64,000 nucleotides of DNA from Thermodesulfobium acidiphilum (GCF_003057965.1 NZ_CP020921.1:1104916-1168915), one strand, 5' to 3'. Shown: positions 19,157 through 29,969, numbered from the stretch's first letter. The notes: generated from the sequence alone by a model not told the origin. Numbers and translations: made by a program.

Positions 19157-19258
19157 ATTTAAATAATCCCAATTTAAAGTTATATAAAAATACTACTATC
19201 TTCATAAAAATGATAAAATAATATAAATATTGTTTTTAAACTACATGGAGGTTTTATA

Positions 19259-20098
19259 TTGAAAATAGGTATCTTCGACTCGGGGTTGGGAGGAGTAAAC
19301 ATCTTAAATTCTATAATAAAAAGCAACTTACCATTGTTTGACGACATATTTTATGTCGCTGATACTATAAATGTCCCATACGGGAACAAAAATATACAAG
19401 AGCTAGAACTCATAGTAGGAAATATTATTACTTTCCTTGAAAGTAAAGGATGTGAATTAATTATAAGCGCTTGTAATACATCCTCTTCCACAGTATTAAA
19501 CAATTTAAAGCAAAAAACCAAAATACCAATAATTGGTACAATAGAACCTACAATAAACTTTATAAAAGAGACCTTTCATTATAAAAATCTTATAATTCTT
19601 GCTACAAAAGTTACAATCGAAAGCAGAATCTTTGAAAATACTCTTTCTGAATATGGTTATAATGTATATCCAATCGCCTGCCCAAAACTTGTCGATGCTA
19701 TAGAATTTAAAAACCCATCTCTTGAAATAGAAGAACTTTTAAACAGATATCTTCATATAGAAATAGAGGTTAATGAACCAATAGGCATACTCTTAGGTTG
19801 TACACATTACCCTCTAATTAAAGACCAGATAAAAGATGTTGCCTCTAAAAAGTTTTCAACCGAAATAATTATATTAGATCCTTGTGAAAGAATTTCTACT
19901 GAAGCGCTAAATTTGATATCAAAGGATAGTTCAATTAATAAATCCCAAAGACTATTCATTTATGATACGTTTGACATAGAATTATTAAAGAAAAAAATAG
20001 AATATTATTTTAAATTTGACAAAGTAAACGTACATTTTGAGAAAATATCAAATATAAAGCCGCTAGATGAACTTAAGATCAACCAGCCTAAATATTAA
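19259..20098 (+). CDS. murI: Glutamate racemase
   Basis: IGIFDSGLGG, PYG, ACNT and LGCTHYP motifs. Confidence 0.95.
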   Translation: MKIGIFDSGLGGVNILNSIIKSNLPLFDDIFYVADTINVPYGNKNIQELELIVGNIITFLESKGCELIISACNTSSSTVLNNLKQKTKIPIIGTIEPTINFIKETFHYKNLIILATKVTIESRIFENTLSEYGYNVYPIACPKLVDAIEFKNPSLEIEELLNRYLHIEIEVNEPIGILLGCTHYPLIKDQIKDVASKKFSTEIIILDPCERISTEALNLISKDSSINKSQRLFIYDTFDIELLKKKIEYYFKFDKVNVHFEKISNIKPLDELKINQPKY

Positions 20099-22940
20099 CC
20101 CAGATTCATTCTTCTATTCAATTGTAGAAAAGCATAATCTTAAGATCACTGAAGTCGAATTTACAAAAGGTAATTTTTTAAAAATTCTAGAACACTCTCC
20201 CTCTCCATATTTTTTGTGTAGCGATCTTATAAAAAGGCCGCTCTTTGCCTATAGACTGTTTACGATACTTTCTTCAAGCATCTATCTAACTAAAATACTC
20301 TTACAACATCCTAATTACTTAGACCTTCTTAGTTCTACAAATTTTGAATTAAATCTTGACCTTGATGATTATATTCTTGAGGCAAAGAGGGCAACCGAAA
20401 TATTCAGGGGATTCGAAAATAAAATAAATGCTCTTAAAAGGTTGAAGCTAAGGGAACATCTTAGAATAGCAACAAGAGAAATACAGGGCAATCTCGATTT
20501 AAAAAGTTCTACTCTACAGCTAAGCGCCCTGTATGAAGCACTTTTAAGAGAGGTTTTAAGTATATGTCAAAAACATCTTGAAGAAAAATTTGGTAAAAAA
20601 ATACCACTTTTTACAGTTTTTGCTGGAGGAAAACTTGGAGGAAAAGAAATAAATTATTGTTCAGATGTAGACCTGGTTTTTGTATCACCCCAAAAAATTG
20701 ACTATGAAGATTTAAAATTATCCAACAAGTTAGCAAGATTTTATATAAAAGTTCTTTCTGACTTTACCCAAGAGGGCTTTTTCTTCCACGTAGATTTAAA
20801 CTTAAGACCCGAAGGTCCTGATGGAGCTTTGTTACCTAAAAAAGATACATCTATTGAATATTGGAAAAGATGGGCAGATCCCTGGGAACTACAATCACTA
20901 ATAAAATTTAGACCAGTAGCAGGAGATATTAATTTGGGCAAGGAAATTCTAAAGGCTCTCAACAAGATAATCTACCCAAACTTTCCTTTAGAAAAGAGAA
21001 TAGATAGCATAATCCAAATAAAAGAAAGAATAGAAAATCAATCTGCCAATAATACAAACGAATTAAAGAGATCTCCTGGAGCTATCAGAGATGTAGAATT
21101 CTTATGTCAATTATTTCAAATTCTTTACGGCTATATCTATCCAGAATTACAGGAAACAAACACAATAAAAGTTTTAGAAACATTATTAAAACTTAATCTC
21201 ATTAGCTCACATGAATTCTACGCCTTATATAATGGCTATATCTTTTTAAGAAAGATTGAACACCTTCTAATGATATACAATAATCAAATCATACATGAAC
21301 TTAATAATGACAGCGAACAGAACAACATTATTAGTGAACTTATGGGATTTTCTAGTGAAAACGATCTTGTAGAGAAAATTAAAGAACACAAAAAAAATAT
21401 AAGATTTGTATTTGAAAAATACTTTAACAAAAATTCATGGATTAAAAGAAAAAAAATAAAAAAGGGGATTTCTCAAATAATTGAATTAGAAGAAAAAGAT
21501 TTAGAAGATGTAAAGCAACTATTAGAAGGCTTTAATCAAGAAATATCTAAAGACTTGAATCGTTTCTCAGATTTAGTCGAATCATCCAGATATTTAATAC
21601 TGCTAAAAATTGGAGGTATAAAATTTCAAGAAACTTTATCCTACCAACTTGAAGAATTGCTTTTAGAAATATGTAAAACAAACCATCCAGATTACACGCT
21701 AAAAAATCTTTCGCTTTTCTTTTCTAACATGAAGGGAAAGGATACTTTCTTTCAAGTATTCATGGACAACGAATATCTAAAGAAATTAATTCTTTCATTT
21801 TCAAATTTTGGTCCTTATTTATTGAATAAGATCGTCAACGAACCAGAATTTTTAGACTATTTGCTAGAAACAAAGGAATTAAACTTCGAAAGCATAAAAG
21901 AAAAGGATATCAGTTTTAATCCTCAAAACATTACCAACTCAATATTTAGAGAAATATTAAATCTTTCACAAAGTTATCTTACAAGAGCAAGAAGTGAGAC
22001 GTGGGTTCAAAAGGAACTCACATATCTTGGACAAAAGTTGTGTGAGTTCTGTTTTAATCAAAATATACAAGAAAGGTATAAAAAAGAAATAGCTCTATTA
22101 GCTTTGGGGAACTTTGCAATAGGCAGATTGACCATAACCTCAGATTTAGACGTTTTGTTCGTTCACTCAGATCTTAATTCAGATCTGGATCTGTATACCC
22201 TGCATAAAGATTCCCAGAAAGCAGTAATAAACTTTTTAAAAACTAATGACAATACAAGTTTTCCAATTTACTTTGACATAAGACTTAGGCCTGAAGGAGA
22301 AAATGGAGAAGTTATAAGAAGTCTTTCAGCATACAAATCTTATTATGAAAAATATTTAGAGCCATGGGAGAGAATAGCTTATTCAAAATTAAAATTTATA
22401 TGCGGAAACTTTAACCTTGCAAAATCTTTGATTATTCTAACGAGAAAATTTTGTTATAGAGCTTTTAATAAAGAAGAATTAGAAGACCTTCTTAAAATAA
22501 GAAATAGAGTGATTCAAGAAAGGATAAGTCCAGATATAGATCCAAAAATGGATATTAAACTTGGTCCAGGTGGTATGATGGACATTGATTTTTTGTTACA
22601 AGTCTACAGGCTTCCATTAGCCAAAAATTACAAACCTCTAAGACTATCTGATCCATGGCAAATACTCAAAAATATGGACAACTTTGCGCCGTGGTCACCC
22701 AAAGAACACGGCATACTTAAAGAAGCATTTAATTTTTACAACAAAACACTTTTCGCCATAAAGTTTTTACGTGGCAACACTAACAACTTATTTTTGAGTG
22801 AAGACGAGTTATCAATCCTGAAAAAGATGATAAAGTATAATGAAACAACTGATATAACTAATTACTATATAAATTTAAATAAATCTGTCAAAGAGATATT
22901 TGATAAATATTTTCTACAGGCATCGAACTTTAAAATCTAA
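20067..22940 (+). CDS. glnE: Bifunctional glutamine synthetase adenylyltransferase/adenylyl-removing enzyme
   Basis: Two nucleotidyltransferase repeats (GKLGGKEINYCSDVDL...DLNLRPEG...WE; SDLDV...DIRLRPEG...WE...KLGPGGMMDIDF); 957 aa. Confidence 0.85.
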   Translation: MNLRSTSLNINPDSFFYSIVEKHNLKITEVEFTKGNFLKILEHSPSPYFLCSDLIKRPLFAYRLFTILSSSIYLTKILLQHPNYLDLLSSTNFELNLDLDDYILEAKRATEIFRGFENKINALKRLKLREHLRIATREIQGNLDLKSSTLQLSALYEALLREVLSICQKHLEEKFGKKIPLFTVFAGGKLGGKEINYCSDVDLVFVSPQKIDYEDLKLSNKLARFYIKVLSDFTQEGFFFHVDLNLRPEGPDGALLPKKDTSIEYWKRWADPWELQSLIKFRPVAGDINLGKEILKALNKIIYPNFPLEKRIDSIIQIKERIENQSANNTNELKRSPGAIRDVEFLCQLFQILYGYIYPELQETNTIKVLETLLKLNLISSHEFYALYNGYIFLRKIEHLLMIYNNQIIHELNNDSEQNNIISELMGFSSENDLVEKIKEHKKNIRFVFEKYFNKNSWIKRKKIKKGISQIIELEEKDLEDVKQLLEGFNQEISKDLNRFSDLVESSRYLILLKIGGIKFQETLSYQLEELLLEICKTNHPDYTLKNLSLFFSNMKGKDTFFQVFMDNEYLKKLILSFSNFGPYLLNKIVNEPEFLDYLLETKELNFESIKEKDISFNPQNITNSIFREILNLSQSYLTRARSETWVQKELTYLGQKLCEFCFNQNIQERYKKEIALLALGNFAIGRLTITSDLDVLFVHSDLNSDLDLYTLHKDSQKAVINFLKTNDNTSFPIYFDIRLRPEGENGEVIRSLSAYKSYYEKYLEPWERIAYSKLKFICGNFNLAKSLIILTRKFCYRAFNKEELEDLLKIRNRVIQERISPDIDPKMDIKLGPGGMMDIDFLLQVYRLPLAKNYKPLRLSDPWQILKNMDNFAPWSPKEHGILKEAFNFYNKTLFAIKFLRGNTNNLFLSEDELSILKKMIKYNETTDITNYYINLNKSVKEIFDKYFLQASNFKI

Positions 22941-22941
22941 A

Positions 22942-24291
22942 TTACTTCATCATCAAAAAAGATTTGTAAGCTTTATAGGTTTCATACAAATCAGCCTTTG
23001 AAGCTATTTCAAACGGAGAATGCATGGAAATTAAAGCAGGACCGCAATCGAGGGTTTCAATGTTATGCTTTGAAATATACTTTGCAATTGTTCCACCACC
23101 ACCTTCATCTACCTTACCAAGCTCTGCAATTTGCCAGATTACGTTATCCCTATTAAAAGCTTCCTTAACTTTAGCGACAAATTCAGTATTTGCATCGTTT
23201 GAGTAATATTTTCCTCCATGCCCTGTAAATTTTGTTATAACTACACCGTTATTTATATAAGCTGCATTGTCAGTTTCATGAACTTCTTTGTACATTGGGT
23301 TGACTGCAGCACTAACATCAGCAGATAAGCACTGTGAGCTTTTAAAGAAATTTAAGATGTTTGCAAAGGTTGGTTCTATCCCCTTTCTTTTCAAAATTTC
23401 TATAACTATATCGTATACAAAACTTGACTGAGCAGAGGTATTGCCTTCAGAACCGATCTCTTCCTTATCAACCATAAGTAATACCTGAGTCTTGTCAGAG
23501 ATTTCCACATCAAAAAAGGCCATCAAGGATGCATATGCACATATTCTATCATCTTGGCCATATGCCCCTACCAAGCTCCTATCAAAACCTAAATCGCGAG
23601 GTTCAAAGGCTGGCACAGCTTGGATTTCAGCACTTACAAAATCTTCTTCCACAATTTTATACCTTTCATAAAGATAATTTAATATGTTCAGCTTTATCTG
23701 ATCTTTTTCTTCTTCTGAGAATGGAATAGATCCACAAATTATATTTAATTTATTAGCATCAAATGCCTCCTTTGTAACCTTTTCATCAATAACCTTTTTT
23801 GAAAGGTGTGGCAAAAGATCTGGTATTACAAATATAGGGTCATCAAGTTCTTCACCAATATTAATTTCTAAAGTCTCTTTATTTGACTTTACCATAAAAA
23901 TGTGCAAAGAGATTGGAATGTTTAACCACTGATATTTTTTTATTCCTCCATAGTAATGAGTGTGAAACAAACCCAGACCGCTATCTTCAAACAAAGGATT
24001 TTGTTTTAAGTCAATTCTTGGCGCATCAATATGACTGGCAATCATTTTCATGCCAAAATCTTCTGAAAGCCTAATCAGGGCAACACTTTTATTTCTATTA
24101 ACTATTATAAACTCTCTATCCCTTCTATTATTTAAAAAATATTCGTTTACAAATTTTACAGTTTCTCTCTCTGTCTTACATTTTTTTAAAAAATCCTTAT
24201 ATCCCTGTGCAAATTTAAAAATATTTTCTCTATCTGTTTTAAACCATGCATTTCTTCTTTTCATAAACAAGATGTCCTTTAAATTCGACAC
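22942..24291 (-). CDS. M18 family aminopeptidase
   Basis: SHIDAPRIDLK, HYYGGIKKYQW, GQDDR, DKEEIGS and SMHSP motifs; GTG start behind GGAGG. Confidence 0.92.
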   Translation of the reverse strand: MSNLKDILFMKRRNAWFKTDRENIFKFAQGYKDFLKKCKTERETVKFVNEYFLNNRRDREFIIVNRNKSVALIRLSEDFGMKMIASHIDAPRIDLKQNPLFEDSGLGLFHTHYYGGIKKYQWLNIPISLHIFMVKSNKETLEINIGEELDDPIFVIPDLLPHLSKKVIDEKVTKEAFDANKLNIICGSIPFSEEEKDQIKLNILNYLYERYKIVEEDFVSAEIQAVPAFEPRDLGFDRSLVGAYGQDDRICAYASLMAFFDVEISDKTQVLLMVDKEEIGSEGNTSAQSSFVYDIVIEILKRKGIEPTFANILNFFKSSQCLSADVSAAVNPMYKEVHETDNAAYINNGVVITKFTGHGGKYYSNDANTEFVAKVKEAFNRDNVIWQIAELGKVDEGGGGTIAKYISKHNIETLDCGPALISMHSPFEIASKADLYETYKAYKSFLMMK

Positions 24292-24330
24292 GTCAACCTC
24301 CAAACATTTAAATATTTAAAGTCATATGAC

Positions 24331-25251
24331 TCATTTTTTGACAATAAAAGCTTTACCTTCATAAACCCTTTGGCTAATTTTACCTTCTTTTAAAAGTCTA
24401 TTTAATATTCTTGTTATATCTTCATCGCCAGCACCAAATACGCTCATCAGCTCCTCTTTTGAACATGGTCTAATGCTTACCATTTTCGCAATAGAGAGTT
24501 CAAGAAACTCATGAAAATCCATGTTTTTTTCACTAAATGGCTTTATAAGTTCGGCATTCAGATCCTTCAATTCAGAATATACCCGCATCAGCTCTTCGTT
24601 TGTTAATTTTTTTATGTTTTCCTCAGCAGGAGGCCTATCTATGGTTCCGATCTGAAATTTGTGAGGATTTATAAATTTTACAGCTCTTTTCAGATCTTCA
24701 ATGTCTTTCTGACTATCGTTAAGGCTCTTTACAAACAAAACTTCTAACCAGACTTCGCCCTTAAATTTATCTCTAAATTCTTTTATCCCATTAATAATTT
24801 CATCAATTTTCAAACTTACGTGTGGCCTATTAATTTTTCTGAACGATTCTTGATTCGCTGCATCAAGACTCGGTATAATTACATCAGCATCCATCAGATC
24901 TTCCTGGACATCAGTTAGGTTTAATAGACTTCCATTGGTAAGTACTGCAATTTTAGCAACGTTAAAACTTTTTACATATTTAATAAGCCTGCCAATATCT
25001 TTGTTTAGTGTTGGCTCTCCACTTCCAGAGAAGGTAACAAAGTCAAACCTGCCCATCCTTTTATAATTCTCTCTAAAATCTTTCTCAATCTCATCTGGAT
25101 TATAAAAGGAACGCCTATCGTTTATAAGATTTGTTGTTCTTCCTACTTCACAATAAACACAATTAAAATTGCACACTTTATGTGGGATAATGTTTATCCC
25201 AAGACTTAATCCAAGCCTTCTTGATGGCACAGGCCCAAACAAAAATTGCAT
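24331..25251 (-). CDS. Radical SAM protein of unknown function
   Basis: FGPVPSRRLGLSLG, CNFNCVYC and SGSGEPTL motifs; C-terminal winged-helix-like segment. Confidence 0.88.
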   Translation of the reverse strand: MQFLFGPVPSRRLGLSLGINIIPHKVCNFNCVYCEVGRTTNLINDRRSFYNPDEIEKDFRENYKRMGRFDFVTFSGSGEPTLNKDIGRLIKYVKSFNVAKIAVLTNGSLLNLTDVQEDLMDADVIIPSLDAANQESFRKINRPHVSLKIDEIINGIKEFRDKFKGEVWLEVLFVKSLNDSQKDIEDLKRAVKFINPHKFQIGTIDRPPAEENIKKLTNEELMRVYSELKDLNAELIKPFSEKNMDFHEFLELSIAKMVSIRPCSKEELMSVFGAGDEDITRILNRLLKEGKISQRVYEGKAFIVKK

Positions 25252-25431
25252 AATTACCTCCAAAAAGTTTTTAAAACTAAATTTTATTATACCACTTTAA
25301 TATAACTACCCTTTTATTTTAAGACTGACTATAATTACTAATTCTAATAAAAAACTCAAATTTAAACTTTTATAGATTTTTATGAATAATTAATTTATAA
25401 TAATTAAAAAATTTTTAAGGGGTGTAAAAAC

Positions 25432-26085
25432 TTGGAACTATATTTAGATACTGCAAAAATAGAAGAAATAGAAGAAGGCGTAGAACTTGGCATAATTTCA
25501 GGAGTGACTACAAATCCTTCACTACTTGCAAAAGCTAATCCAGCAGCTCCAATCGAACACCTAAAGAAAATTTGTAACATTGTAAATGGTCCAGTTAGCG
25601 CTGAGATAATTTCAACAAACTATAGAGATATGATATCAGAAGGACTAAAGATATCTAAGATTTCAGAAAAAATTGTAGTAAAAATACCTATTACTGAAGA
25701 TGGACTTAAAGCCACAAAAGTTCTTTCAAAAGAAAACATTGCAGTCAATATGACCCTTGTTTTTTCAGAGTCTCAAGCAATTTTAGCATCTTTAGTCAAT
25801 GCAGCTTATATAAGTCCCTTTATAGGGAGATTAGATGACATTTCCTACAATGGAATGAAACTTGTAAAATCAATATCAGAAATTTTGAAAGCAACTAATT
25901 CGAAATCGAAAATAATCGCAGCAAGCATAAGACACCCTTTACATGTTGTTCAGGCTGCAAAAGCAGGTGCTCACATAGCAACTGTTCCATTTAAAACGAT
26001 GAAACAGCTTGTAAAACATCCATTAACCGATATAGGAATTGCAAAGTTTCTAAGTGATTCAAAGGGTATTTCTATAGTATCTTAG
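25432..26085 (+). CDS. tal: Transaldolase (short TalC/FSA family)
   Basis: DTA, GVTTNPSL, VVKIP Schiff-base Lys; Glu in SAE and Phe in SPFIGR favour transaldolase over FSA. Confidence 0.88.
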   Translation: MELYLDTAKIEEIEEGVELGIISGVTTNPSLLAKANPAAPIEHLKKICNIVNGPVSAEIISTNYRDMISEGLKISKISEKIVVKIPITEDGLKATKVLSKENIAVNMTLVFSESQAILASLVNAAYISPFIGRLDDISYNGMKLVKSISEILKATNSKSKIIAASIRHPLHVVQAAKAGAHIATVPFKTMKQLVKHPLTDIGIAKFLSDSKGISIVS

Positions 26086-26113
26086 AGGACAACATAATTA
26101 ATTTGTTGCCCTC
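26085..26113 (-). terminator. Possible terminator hairpin between convergent tal and fbp
   Basis: Minus-strand 10-bp stem GAGGGCAACA/TGTTGTCCTC with one G-U pair; no clear U-tract. Confidence 0.4.
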
Positions 26114-26129
26114 ATAAGTTCAAATAACT

Positions 26130-27095
26130 TTACCCTTTCATATAATTCACTAGTTCGTCTATATCTTCTTTACTGCCCATAAAAACAGGTGTTCTTTGAT
26201 GTAGACTGGTAGCTTTTATGCTCAGTATTTCATTGATTCCATCAGTAGCCCTGCCACCAGCTTGTTCTATTAGCAAACTCATAGGTGCAGCTTCGTAAAG
26301 AAGCCTTAATTTTCCTTGTGGATTTTTTTTATCCCCAGGATATGCAAAAACACCACCTTTCAACAAGGTTCTGTGAACATCAGCTACCATTGACCCTATA
26401 TATCTTGCAGAATAATTCTTTGATTTCAAATTTTCAATATATTTTTTAAGCGGCTCGTCCCATCGCTGAGAATAACCCTCATTAATTGAATATATCTTCC
26501 CTCTTGAAGGCATCTTCAGATAAGGATGAGACAAAAGATACGAACCTACTGAAGGGTCTAGGGTAAATCCATGAGTGCCGTTTTTAGTTGTATACATAAG
26601 CATAGTTGATGATCCATACACCACATATCCTGCAGCAACCTGTTTGTATCCTTCCTGGAAAAAGTTTTCTACCCCATCACAACATTTTCTATATATGGAA
26701 AATATTGTTCCAACATTTACGTTCACGTCAATGTTTGAAGAACCATCCAACGGATCCAGGGCAATTACATATTTTCCGTTTTTCCCTTTTTCAGGGAATA
26801 TGGCATCATCAACTTCTTCCGAAGCAAGGGCATAAAATTCGCCTGAATCAGAAAGGTGTTCAATCAACCAGTTATTAGAAAGTTGATCGAGTTTTTGAAC
26901 CTCCTCACCCTGTACATTGACCTTCCCTATCTTGCCTAAAACATCAGAAAGACCCGCTTTCCTTATTCTTGAAGATATTACTTTTGTTGCATTTTCAATA
27001 GACATCAAAGCCAAGCTAAGGGATCCCGTAGCTTGAGGAAATTGCCTTTCCTCTTCCAAAATAAAGCGATTGAGATCAATACCAATTCTGGCCAA
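26130..27095 (-). CDS. fbp: Fructose-1,6-bisphosphatase class I
   Basis: NVQGEEVQKLD, DPLDGSSNIDVN, RYIGSMVADVHR and GKLRLLYE motifs. Confidence 0.95.
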   Translation of the reverse strand: MARIGIDLNRFILEEERQFPQATGSLSLALMSIENATKVISSRIRKAGLSDVLGKIGKVNVQGEEVQKLDQLSNNWLIEHLSDSGEFYALASEEVDDAIFPEKGKNGKYVIALDPLDGSSNIDVNVNVGTIFSIYRKCCDGVENFFQEGYKQVAAGYVVYGSSTMLMYTTKNGTHGFTLDPSVGSYLLSHPYLKMPSRGKIYSINEGYSQRWDEPLKKYIENLKSKNYSARYIGSMVADVHRTLLKGGVFAYPGDKKNPQGKLRLLYEAAPMSLLIEQAGGRATDGINEILSIKATSLHQRTPVFMGSKEDIDELVNYMKG

Positions 27096-27097
27096 AA

Positions 27098-28513
27098 TCA
27101 GTCAGCCCCCTCTTCAAATTCCATAGTTCGAAAATCCACATTTTTATGGCTCAAATTAGCATTACTTTTATATCCTATTTTTATTAATTTAATATATTTG
27201 TCAGTATAAGATTTAGTATTGAAAACGTTCAATTGTGAAAACAGAAATTCAATCTTTTTCTCAAGAACATCCAATATTTTATTTTTATCAGCATCTGGCA
27301 AATTCCACCATTTTTCTTTCAATGGTCCAAATACCTTTTTCCTTGTTTTATAAATAAATTGCTCTCTTGTCATATTTTCTTTCCACTCTGACTTGAAATT
27401 TTCTTCAATGAATTTGAAATTCTCTTCTCTAAACTCTTCAGGTGCAAAATCAAACATTATATTCTGAAAGCCAGTCGCAAGATGTATCTCTGCAGTTTTG
27501 TGTTTAGGAAAATTGTTAAACAGCTCATCTGGCAAGGTTGAAGCACCGTGTTGAACAGCTCCAGCTATATGATATTTTTCTCTTGCACATTTTCCTATAG
27601 AGTCCAAAACGTTAAAGTCCAATTTAACGCTTGCTACAGTTCCATCAGGCAGAGGAATTCCACCATGAGCAGTTCCCGTTTGAACGCTTATTTTTGAAAT
27701 TCCAGGACTAGATTTTAAATTATCTAAATATGCGTCCATAAATGCTTCAAATTCTTCTACAGTAGAATTTTTACCACCTATATGGCCAATTTCAGCACCT
27801 ACAGAAACGTTTATTCCTTCTGGTTGAATAGATCTTATAAAATCAGTCATTTTTGCAGTATTCATATAATTATGAAACTGCTGTTCAACTAAAGTTGGCT
27901 TTGTATAGTCTACCAATGTAGACGGATCAATATCTATATTATAAAAACCAGCTTCAATAGCCTCTTTTGTAAGTTTCTTAATGTTATCCAACTCTAACTC
28001 TGGATTCGAAAAGTAATTTTTGGAACTAAATTGAAAATGATCTCCTTGGACAAATACTGGTCCCTGATATCCTTCTTTAATGGCTGCAGCTAAAATACAG
28101 GAAATATACTCTAAAGGTCTTTGAAAGGTGTATTCTATCTCAGATTTTGCAATCTCAAATATCAAAGCAGTTACATTCCTCTTAATTGCAACCTTAAAGA
28201 TTCTTTTAGCAAAGTCGTAGGTTAAGCCTCTGATATTTATTGCAGGAACAGTAAATTCTAGTCCTTCGCCTCTCCCCTTAGCCATATACAGATCGTGGAT
28301 TGAAGAAGAGACAATATCCATCATATTTGCAAATTCTCTAATCAGAAAATAGCAATAATTTTTTACTTGAGAATCTTGTGTAAATACGGCTGTTTTAATA
28401 AGATCATCAATCACTTTCTCTCTTAGTTTATCTTTATTTAGCGTAAGTTTTCCATTAATTATTAGCCCATTGGTTTCAAGAATTTTTGCAACTTCCTCTT
28501 TTGTCCTAAACAA
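27098..28513 (-). CDS. Class II fructose-bisphosphate aldolase family protein (long variant)
   Basis: VPAINIR, GDH, EIGHIGG, GTAHGG and QHGAS metal/substrate motifs; directly upstream of fbp. Confidence 0.82.
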   Translation of the reverse strand: MFRTKEEVAKILETNGLIINGKLTLNKDKLREKVIDDLIKTAVFTQDSQVKNYCYFLIREFANMMDIVSSSIHDLYMAKGRGEGLEFTVPAINIRGLTYDFAKRIFKVAIKRNVTALIFEIAKSEIEYTFQRPLEYISCILAAAIKEGYQGPVFVQGDHFQFSSKNYFSNPELELDNIKKLTKEAIEAGFYNIDIDPSTLVDYTKPTLVEQQFHNYMNTAKMTDFIRSIQPEGINVSVGAEIGHIGGKNSTVEEFEAFMDAYLDNLKSSPGISKISVQTGTAHGGIPLPDGTVASVKLDFNVLDSIGKCAREKYHIAGAVQHGASTLPDELFNNFPKHKTAEIHLATGFQNIMFDFAPEEFREENFKFIEENFKSEWKENMTREQFIYKTRKKVFGPLKEKWWNLPDADKNKILDVLEKKIEFLFSQLNVFNTKSYTDKYIKLIKIGYKSNANLSHKNVDFRTMEFEEGAD

Positions 28514-28590
28514 ACTGATCTCCCCTTCCTTAAAAATTATTAGTTTGCTCGCCTAACAATATAAAACAAATATTAAAAAATATCAAATTT

Positions 28591-29505
28591 TTAAGAGCTC
28601 TTATAAAGCAAAATGCTATAAGAAAGCCCAAGCGATAGCCAAATCAAATAAAGCAAGCTTCCACTAAAAATTAATATGGTTAACGATAAAAACAAACATG
28701 AAATTAAAACATAAAACAAATAAGGAACTTCCCTTTTTAAAATAAGATGAAATAAATTTTTGAAAATTGAAAATGTAAAAAATGTTATACCTGGCACGCT
28801 CAAAATTGACATAATAGCCAAAAAAATTACTGCAAACATTGGTTCTTCTCTAGAAAACCAAAAGATGCTTGGAATTGATAAAAATATAAAAATCGAAAAA
28901 CATATTGCCTTTAATGAAAATTTATAAACGTAGTTGTACTTTTCTATTACAATTCTTTTAAAAAACAAAAAATATATAAAAGACATAAAGAATATCAGCA
29001 CTGAAAAAAATATCTTGGCCTCAAAGCTATTTATAAGAGTTCTAAAATCAAGGATCACTCCCCCTTCAAAATTCTTACCAAACAGTGGCTTCACATTTAA
29101 AAAAGGTGGCGGAGTCCTTTTTGATAATATTTCTAAAATATCTCCAGTTCTTGCCCCAGTCTCTTTTTTAAGCGACCCATTATGAATAATTACTTTTCCA
29201 GTAATTACTGCAGAATTTTTTAGAATTACATCAGATCTATAGGCAATTAGATCACCGTTTATCCTGCCGCTAACAGTCAATATTGCATTATGAACAATAA
29301 AATCACCGTTTATCACCTGATCCTGTTCGATATTGATCTCTCTTTTTATAACATCTCTTTTTAAATATTGTTCCTCATTAGTCTGATATCCAAATCCCTG
29401 TCTAACTCTGGATAACATCAGGTTTTGATCTTGAGCAAAAACTAAATTAAAGGAAAAAAGATATAATGTTAAAAAAACAAAAAATAATAACAGTCCTCTT
29501 TTCAA
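28591..29505 (-). CDS. Membrane protein with N-terminal beta-helix (bactofilin-like) region
   Basis: Signal peptide; VINGDFIV/GRINGDLI/AVITGKVI repeats; 4-5 C-terminal TM helices; coupled to the anti-sigma gene. Confidence 0.65.
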   Translation of the reverse strand: MKRGLLLFFVFLTLYLFSFNLVFAQDQNLMLSRVRQGFGYQTNEEQYLKRDVIKREINIEQDQVINGDFIVHNAILTVSGRINGDLIAYRSDVILKNSAVITGKVIIHNGSLKKETGARTGDILEILSKRTPPPFLNVKPLFGKNFEGGVILDFRTLINSFEAKIFFSVLIFFMSFIYFLFFKRIVIEKYNYVYKFSLKAICFSIFIFLSIPSIFWFSREEPMFAVIFLAIMSILSVPGITFFTFSIFKNLFHLILKREVPYLFYVLISCLFLSLTILIFSGSLLYLIWLSLGLSYSILLYKSS

Positions 29506-29969
29506 CTTAAAAGTTCCTTTCTTTTTTTGTAAACAGAAAAGATAATAAATGCCAGAAAACTTCCTATTAAGAGATAGATTAAAGAAACGTTGTTATAGAA
29601 AATTTCCCAAACAACTTCAAAAGCATAGAACACGCTCTCTTCAATATCTATAGAAAATATAGAATAATTTATATTGTTTAAAAGTATTGAACCAATTAAA
29701 AATATAAAAGACATAGAAGTTGAGAAGAAAATAAGATTTTTTATAAAAGTTTGTTTTTCTATTCTATATACAATCAATGAAAAGAGATCGTCTGGAACGC
29801 TCATAATAGGTAAATTCTTAAGCGAATATGTAAGCTGCTTAGATCTTTGTCTCAAATAAAAGCACTTTGGACAATTTGCCACATGAGCTTCCAATTCAAG
29901 TAGCTGCTTAGATGTAATTATTCCAAGCTCTTCGAGCTCTATAAGTTTCTTACATTCATCACAGCTCAT
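29502..29969 (-). CDS. Zinc-binding anti-sigma factor (zf-HC2/ZAS)
   Basis: HVANCPKC (HxxxCxxC) plus two TM segments; overlaps the ECF sigma stop. Confidence 0.85.
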   Translation of the reverse strand: MSCDECKKLIELEELGIITSKQLLELEAHVANCPKCFYLRQRSKQLTYSLKNLPIMSVPDDLFSLIVYRIEKQTFIKNLIFFSTSMSFIFLIGSILLNNINYSIFSIDIEESVFYAFEVVWEIFYNNVSLIYLLIGSFLAFIIFSVYKKRKELLS

